Shown here piece by piece: positions 28,418 through 32,895 of a stretch of DNA of 32,895 bases; the first letter of the stretch is position 1, and each line of letters starts with the position of its first letter. The notes under the pieces were generated by a model. It searched no databases. It saw only the letters and a program-made list of their open reading frames with translations, and had not been told where the DNA came from. Position numbers and translations under genes: made by a program. The DNA comes from an uncultured archaeon (GTDB lineage: Archaea; Asgardarchaeota; Thorarchaeia; Thorarchaeales; Thorarchaeaceae). The stretch is taken from NCBI GenBank assembly GCA_964610875.1, contig CAZSWP010000041.1, forward strand, positions 1 to 32,895, given 5' to 3'.

Positions 28418-28449
28418 GGTAGTACTCTAAAAAAGTGAGGACTATTGAG
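28414..28449 (+). ncRNA. Eukaryote-type SECIS element candidate
   Basis: AUGA-GGUAGUACUC-UAAAAAAGU-GAGGACUAUU-GAG: AUGA/GA core, 10-position stem with one A.G mismatch, A-rich apical loop. Confidence 0.7.
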
Positions 28450-28483
28450 CAAAGGGATGCACCCTAACGCTTCAAAAAAGACT

Positions 28484-28517
28484 GGAAGAGATGAGGGATT
28501 AACCCTCTTCTCATTCC
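28484..28517 (-). terminator. Hairpin plus U-tract after the wHTH gene
   Basis: GGAA-GAGA-t-GAGGG-attaa-CCCTC-t-TCTC-a-TTCC, followed on the minus strand by T6 (28479-28474). Confidence 0.6.
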
Positions 28518-28524
28518 GATTGTT

Positions 28525-28971
28525 TCATTCACTTCTCAGATGTTCAACCAGCATTAGTCCACTCTCGGTGAAACAAGCTGGTTCACCTCTATTATTGGCA
28601 TCTCCACCAACCAGTAATCCTAAATCTACCAGCGAACGGAGATTCCATTTTACTGTACTATATGGAACACCTGTTCTTCTGGAAATGACATCGGCTAATG
28701 CGGTCAATGTCATATTATTGTGTTTCAGAACATCATAACTAGTGCAAAGTACGAGTTTCTGTGAGTCACTCATTCTAGCAGAAGCTATGTTGATGAAAAC
28801 TTCAACAAGACCACAAAAAGTAGTTCCAGGTGATGATGAATGTTCAGAAAATTGACAAACCTTACATCCACTGGAGAACATGTCCACCTCGAGGTCTAAT
28901 TTGACATTCACCTCTTGGATAGACGACCCGATATCGATGGGTGGCTGCTGATGAGTTAGATGTGTTAACAC
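28525..28971 (-). CDS. Winged-helix DNA-binding protein
   Basis: MSDSQKLVL...TLTALADVISRRTGVPYSTVKWNLRSLVDLGLL...FTESG; start uncertain. Confidence 0.75.
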   Translation of the reverse strand: MLTHLTHQQPPIDIGSSIQEVNVKLDLEVDMFSSGCKVCQFSEHSSSPGTTFCGLVEVFINIASARMSDSQKLVLCTSYDVLKHNNMTLTALADVISRRTGVPYSTVKWNLRSLVDLGLLVGGDANNRGEPACFTESGLMLVEHLRSE

Positions 28972-29065
28972 CCATTTCGTTTTTTCACCTCTTTTTCTTT
29001 AGGGTCAAGAAATTGTTTGCAGAATTATCACTTAAGCTTTGTTAGCTGCGTAGAAATAAGGTAAA

Positions 29066-29560
29066 TTAGTCTGGAACTTCTAACCCAAGTGCACCAAGTT
29101 TTCCAAATCCTTTACTAAACAGACTCATGTGATGCCGAATATCCTCTTCAATATCTGCGATTGATTGAAGCAAATGGGAAATACCCTCCAGACCATCTTC
29201 CTTGTATTCGTCAAGCATCTTAGCAAATGCATCACTCATACCGAGAATCGCATCCTGTATTCTTACATTTAGGTCCATCATTGATCTCACAGTATCAAGA
29301 GATTCTTCATTTGGCATATAGGGAAGAAAGTCTTCAAGGGCGACTCCTGCTTGGCGACACGCATCAACTCTACCAGGGATTACTTCTTCAATCATGTTAT
29401 TCATCCAACCAATGCGTTCGTTATGAGTAATATCCCTTAGACTTTCCATAGAGAGATATCCAGTCCACGGCATGAACTCAGTACTCTCATAGGAAATCCA
29501 ATCATCAAATGCATCCAGTACTTTTTGCCAAGCTACTTCGAGTTCGGACACCTTAACCAC
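29066..29560 (-). CDS. Hypothetical acidic helical protein
   Basis: Clean 164-aa ORF; no family recognised. Confidence 0.75.
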   Translation of the reverse strand: MVKVSELEVAWQKVLDAFDDWISYESTEFMPWTGYLSMESLRDITHNERIGWMNNMIEEVIPGRVDACRQAGVALEDFLPYMPNEESLDTVRSMMDLNVRIQDAILGMSDAFAKMLDEYKEDGLEGISHLLQSIADIEEDIRHHMSLFSKGFGKLGALGLEVPD

Positions 29561-29611
29561 ATCCCTGTTTCCATATCAGAGGTTATAAAGTAGCGTGGTT
29601 TCTAATGGAAA

Positions 29612-30304
29612 GTGATGACAACCAATCTACTGAACATCATTCTAGATCTTTTGAAGCATTCGAAGGAGAACGAGGGAATAAGAGACCCTGAACTACAAGT
29701 AATTCAAATTCTAGAGCAAATTGGAGCAATAGAGGAAAATGGGCTCTGGAAGCTTAGTAGTGATGTGAGGATAGAACTCGCAATACTTGCCATACAGAGT
29801 GGGGGGCGCATAGAATCAGTAGTCGACAATATGACATGGAAGGATTTTGAAGGTCTAGTTGGTCGTGTTTTAGGTGAGAATGGGTTTCACTATATTGAGA
29901 GTTTTCGAAGAAGAGGCAACGAAATAGAGAAGGGTATGGAAATTGATGTCATAGGTGTAAAAGGAAACCTCATTCTCTCAATAGATGCAAAGATGTGGGG
30001 AATAAGAAATGGCAAAACAACTGCTCTGAGAAATGCAGTAGATAATCAGATCGATAGAACGGAAAGACTCGCATCACAACTTCATCGTCTTTCTGAGAAA
30101 CTCACAGTGTTGAAAGAGGGAGAGTATTCCTTGATACCAGCTGTTGTCACTTGGTTGGTGGAGGATATTGAGTTATTTGATGGAGTGCCAATCATACCTG
30201 TTTTCAAGTTGAATTCCTTTCTGTTGGAGTTTGACCAGTTCCAATATATGCTGATATCTATCGTTGGAAAACTCGGTCCACAATACAGACAGAGTAGATT
30301 ATAA
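29612..30304 (+). CDS. PD-(D/E)XK restriction-endonuclease-like (Mrr/NERD-type) protein
   Basis: WKDFEGLVGRVLGENGF...EIDVIG.....LSIDAKMW. Confidence 0.85.
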   Translation: MMTTNLLNIILDLLKHSKENEGIRDPELQVIQILEQIGAIEENGLWKLSSDVRIELAILAIQSGGRIESVVDNMTWKDFEGLVGRVLGENGFHYIESFRRRGNEIEKGMEIDVIGVKGNLILSIDAKMWGIRNGKTTALRNAVDNQIDRTERLASQLHRLSEKLTVLKEGEYSLIPAVVTWLVEDIELFDGVPIIPVFKLNSFLLEFDQFQYMLISIVGKLGPQYRQSRL

Positions 30305-31324
30305 TCCAGTAGTAGTCAACACATTTGAAACAGTATCCATGAGTATTATGTCTATCAAGAGATTTTCCTCAGAACGCAACTCGGATTCCTTTTTCACGGA
30401 TAAATACGTTAATAGATTCGCAACTGTTGATTGTGCAAGTGAAACTACACGTTCCTCGGGGTTTTTCGCTGGTGTTTTCTCAAACCTTGATGCATCTTCA
30501 TGAAGTTGTTTTATGACTGGGCACAGGTAGTCACCCTCTACATCTGACGGATTCATGCATGCAGAACCCGCTCCACATGAAGGACCATCACCCTCAAAGT
30601 TGCCGTGTGCAACAACGATGATCTTCTTCAAATTCGGGTTCACCGACAACCATTTTTCAAAGAATTTGTCAAGCTGAATGCATTCTTCAATTTCTGGATT
30701 ATATGCAGATATATGCGCACCAAGAGTCTGGATAGCCATGGGTATTCCTCTTGGTGTGACTGGAGGTTGTACTCTAGAATCAGAACAAAGAAGGACTAAT
30801 GTATCATTATCAACTTCACGGGGTTGACTGGTTCTTCGAAGTAATTCATTCTCAGCAGCATAATCTCTTCCCAAACCGTGTGGAAACACATATGCTCGAC
30901 CAATGTCATATCTCACACGGAAAACGACAATGGGTAGTCCTCGAATGTCAGGATGATGTCCAATGTTCTCAAGAGATTGCCGTACTACTTCAATTGGTTC
31001 ATCCTCACCGAAAGGGAGGACAACAGCTCGTTTCTTTTCGAAATGGCGATTGTAAGCAGCAGGACCTGCAAAGAGAAAGGGTGACTGATCAGGTGTTGGT
31101 ACCACCTCATATGGGACACGGGTTGCATGGAAGGCATCACCTTGTCTAAAACCAAAGATTTCAAGATCTTGAGAGCTTCTTTCAATACTAGATATGATGA
31201 GATATTTTGGTGATTGACCCTGTGCAGCAATCTCCATCCGTTCAAGAAGAAGTGGGTCAGATTTCCTACTTTCGGCTAATTCCTCCGACAGCCGTGTGAG
31301 CTTGTTTATCATCGTCTTTCCCAA
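30299..31324 (-). CDS. Beta-carbonic-anhydrase-like protein with tandem domains
   Basis: C-terminal half has CSDSRV and H-x9-CGA; N-terminal half has AQGQSPKYLII with SIERS in place of CxDSR. Confidence 0.75.
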   Translation of the reverse strand: MGKTMINKLTRLSEELAESRKSDPLLLERMEIAAQGQSPKYLIISSIERSSQDLEIFGFRQGDAFHATRVPYEVVPTPDQSPFLFAGPAAYNRHFEKKRAVVLPFGEDEPIEVVRQSLENIGHHPDIRGLPIVVFRVRYDIGRAYVFPHGLGRDYAAENELLRRTSQPREVDNDTLVLLCSDSRVQPPVTPRGIPMAIQTLGAHISAYNPEIEECIQLDKFFEKWLSVNPNLKKIIVVAHGNFEGDGPSCGAGSACMNPSDVEGDYLCPVIKQLHEDASRFEKTPAKNPEERVVSLAQSTVANLLTYLSVKKESELRSEENLLIDIILMDTVSNVLTTTGL

Positions 31325-31434
31325 TGAGTAGGTAAAAATTAGATATACATTAAAATCTGACGTACTATGGAGTATAAGCTAAATGAGAAAAGATCGAATC
31401 CATTGATGTAATTCGAAGGTTCTTCTGTTATATA

Positions 31435-31788
31435 CTACATAGTTATTCTGCCTGAGAGTTGATATTTGTAAATCTCTTCAGCTACTACTGACCATGTAGG
31501 ATTACTGTTAATCACTTGCTTGCATGCTTCAATTCTGGCTCTTTCATGTCCTGACTTGGGAAGATATTCTTCGTAGAGATTCCTATATCTAATCTCTTCA
31601 CGAATTGTATAGATTGCTTCAGAGGTCTGAGCTACCAGTTTCTCTGCACCCTCACGGGACATGCCATATGTACTAACTAGCATCGAAACCATACGATCAA
31701 AGGGCTTGTCGTTCTCAGTCATACTATTATTTTGTGTAAATGTCGATATAAGACTATCTTCGTTCTGGTTTTGTCTGTTTTCTAACAT
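31435..31788 (-). CDS. Hypothetical protein
   Basis: 117-aa ORF co-oriented downstream of the GTPase; no family recognised. Confidence 0.65.
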   Translation of the reverse strand: MLENRQNQNEDSLISTFTQNNSMTENDKPFDRMVSMLVSTYGMSREGAEKLVAQTSEAIYTIREEIRYRNLYEEYLPKSGHERARIEACKQVINSNPTWSVVAEEIYKYQLSGRITM

Positions 31789-31836
31789 GAGTATAAGTGT
31801 GATATGTTCAGTCTCAGATATTCCGGGATATTGCTT

Positions 31837-32373
31837 TCAATTATTTTGTTTCATCACGTCATGTAGTTCAATATTGCATACAATTTCGCTGATTAGTGAT
31901 TCCAGTTGTTTGAAATTCTCACCCGTTTTCGAGCTGATGATTACATAACGTAAATCATGCTTATCTACAAACTCCTTGATGTCTTGTTCAGAAACTGAAT
32001 TCCCTACATCTATTTTATTTCCAACAAGGATTTTGTTACCGCTTGGAATAGTTTCAACCATCTTCATCCATTCGTCGAGATTTGTGAATGATATATAGGA
32101 TGAACAATCAAAAACAAGGAGGGCAATTTTAGAACCGGTGATGAGAGAACCTTGAAAGAACCGAAACTGCTCCTGTCCACCAAAATCAAACAGAGTTGCT
32201 TTTACAGGACTACATCCCTCATGAGGACAAAAGGTCCATGTATCAACATCAAAACCAACTGTCATGGATTCTTCGATGAATGCACCAGTTGAGAGGCGAG
32301 AGATTATAGTTGTCTTGCCAACACCACCTGCACCAATAACTGCAAGTTTCACTAATCTCTTGGAATCGTCCAA
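31837..32373 (-). CDS. Rab/Ras-like small GTPase
   Basis: G1 GAGGVGKT, G2 TVG, G3 DFGGQEQFR, G4 NKID, G5 SSK; TTG start with GAGG RBS. Confidence 0.95.
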   Translation of the reverse strand: MDDSKRLVKLAVIGAGGVGKTTIISRLSTGAFIEESMTVGFDVDTWTFCPHEGCSPVKATLFDFGGQEQFRFFQGSLITGSKIALLVFDCSSYISFTNLDEWMKMVETIPSGNKILVGNKIDVGNSVSEQDIKEFVDKHDLRYVIISSKTGENFKQLESLISEIVCNIELHDVMKQNN

Positions 32374-32895
32374 TGTCTAGCATCCTCTAGGGGAGGCGCG
32401 ACAACAATAATTCAGCAATTGTAACATATGAATATATAGAGGATGTATTTGCGGATTTATTATTATATAACAACCACATTCATGGTCTTGCAAATGCATT
32501 AGTCCAACATTACAAAACGGATTTCATAATGTAAAAGAAAAATGTTATTTGAATATTAGACGTAATCTTTACGGAGATTTGATTGAAGAGTGTGAGATGT
32601 AAGATACTCTCTTTCACAATAATCAGTTTTCTGATATTTCTGCCCATCATTTCCTTTGTCGATGTTCATTCTATCGGTGGTAGACATTCCACAGGATCAC
32701 CAGATTCAACAGCACTCTTCGATTGTAGTTTCACAATAATCACTTTTAATGGTCATGCGGATGTTGAGTAAGTGCAAGCGTTAGTTGATGCCGGTAAAAA
32801 GTTCATGCACATTGAACATTGGTGGAATGCAACCCTGAATAACCGTTCATTGTAAGTTGGACAAATCTGGACACCAAAGCTTTGTCCTCCCAGAC

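Noticed and set aside
28445-28475. Alternative methanococcal-type SECIS (TTGAGC-AA-AGGG-atgca-CCCT-AAC-GCTTCAA)
   Set aside because: Lacks the GAA/A internal loop, has a short stem, and overlaps the better AUGA/GA hairpin.
29612-30304. Nuclease as part of a defence island
   Set aside because: No methyltransferase, other defence gene or mobility gene nearby; it resembles a standalone archaeal PD-(D/E)XK family.
32583-32895. Signal-peptide-like ORF that may continue past TAA stops (possible pseudogene)
   Set aside because: No recognisable family, the stops are TAA rather than TGA, and the window ends; cannot be supported.
1-32895. tRNA, rRNA, CRISPR array, transposase or integrase
   Set aside because: None recognised by eye; the GC-rich patch at 14695-14719 is too short and lacks tRNA arms. 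A covariance-model scan would be needed to exclude small RNAs.

Overview
Gene-dense archaeal chromosomal segment, most consistent with an Asgard archaeon, probably Thorarchaeota-like. That assignment is an inference from the Rab-like GTPases, a eukaryote-type CIA2 protein, archaeal DtdA and ADP-forming acetyl-CoA synthetase, and GGTGA/GAGG ribosome-binding sites. The left third is an acyl-CoA/lipid metabolism region: thiolase plus DUF35, enoyl-CoA hydratase, 3-hydroxyacyl-CoA dehydrogenase, SCP2, two small RHH-like proteins, a nitroreductase, and ACD plus a DRTGG protein. The middle has housekeeping genes, an unannotated CdrS-like RHH gene, a degenerate Rab-like pseudo-GTPase beside an acidic polyproline protein, and a block of large coiled-coil proteins including a 1296-aa TrmB with a hendecad-repeat insert. 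The main discovery is at 27614-28449. The ORF called at 27728 extends upstream in frame through a single TGA in a Cys-x-x-TGA (CxxU) motif to an ATG at 27614, and a eukaryote-type SECIS hairpin (AUGA, stem, A-rich loop, GA) begins at its stop codon. This is a candidate selenoprotein from a family I do not recognise among known archaeal selenoproteins. No rRNA, tRNA, CRISPR array or mobile element was recognised.
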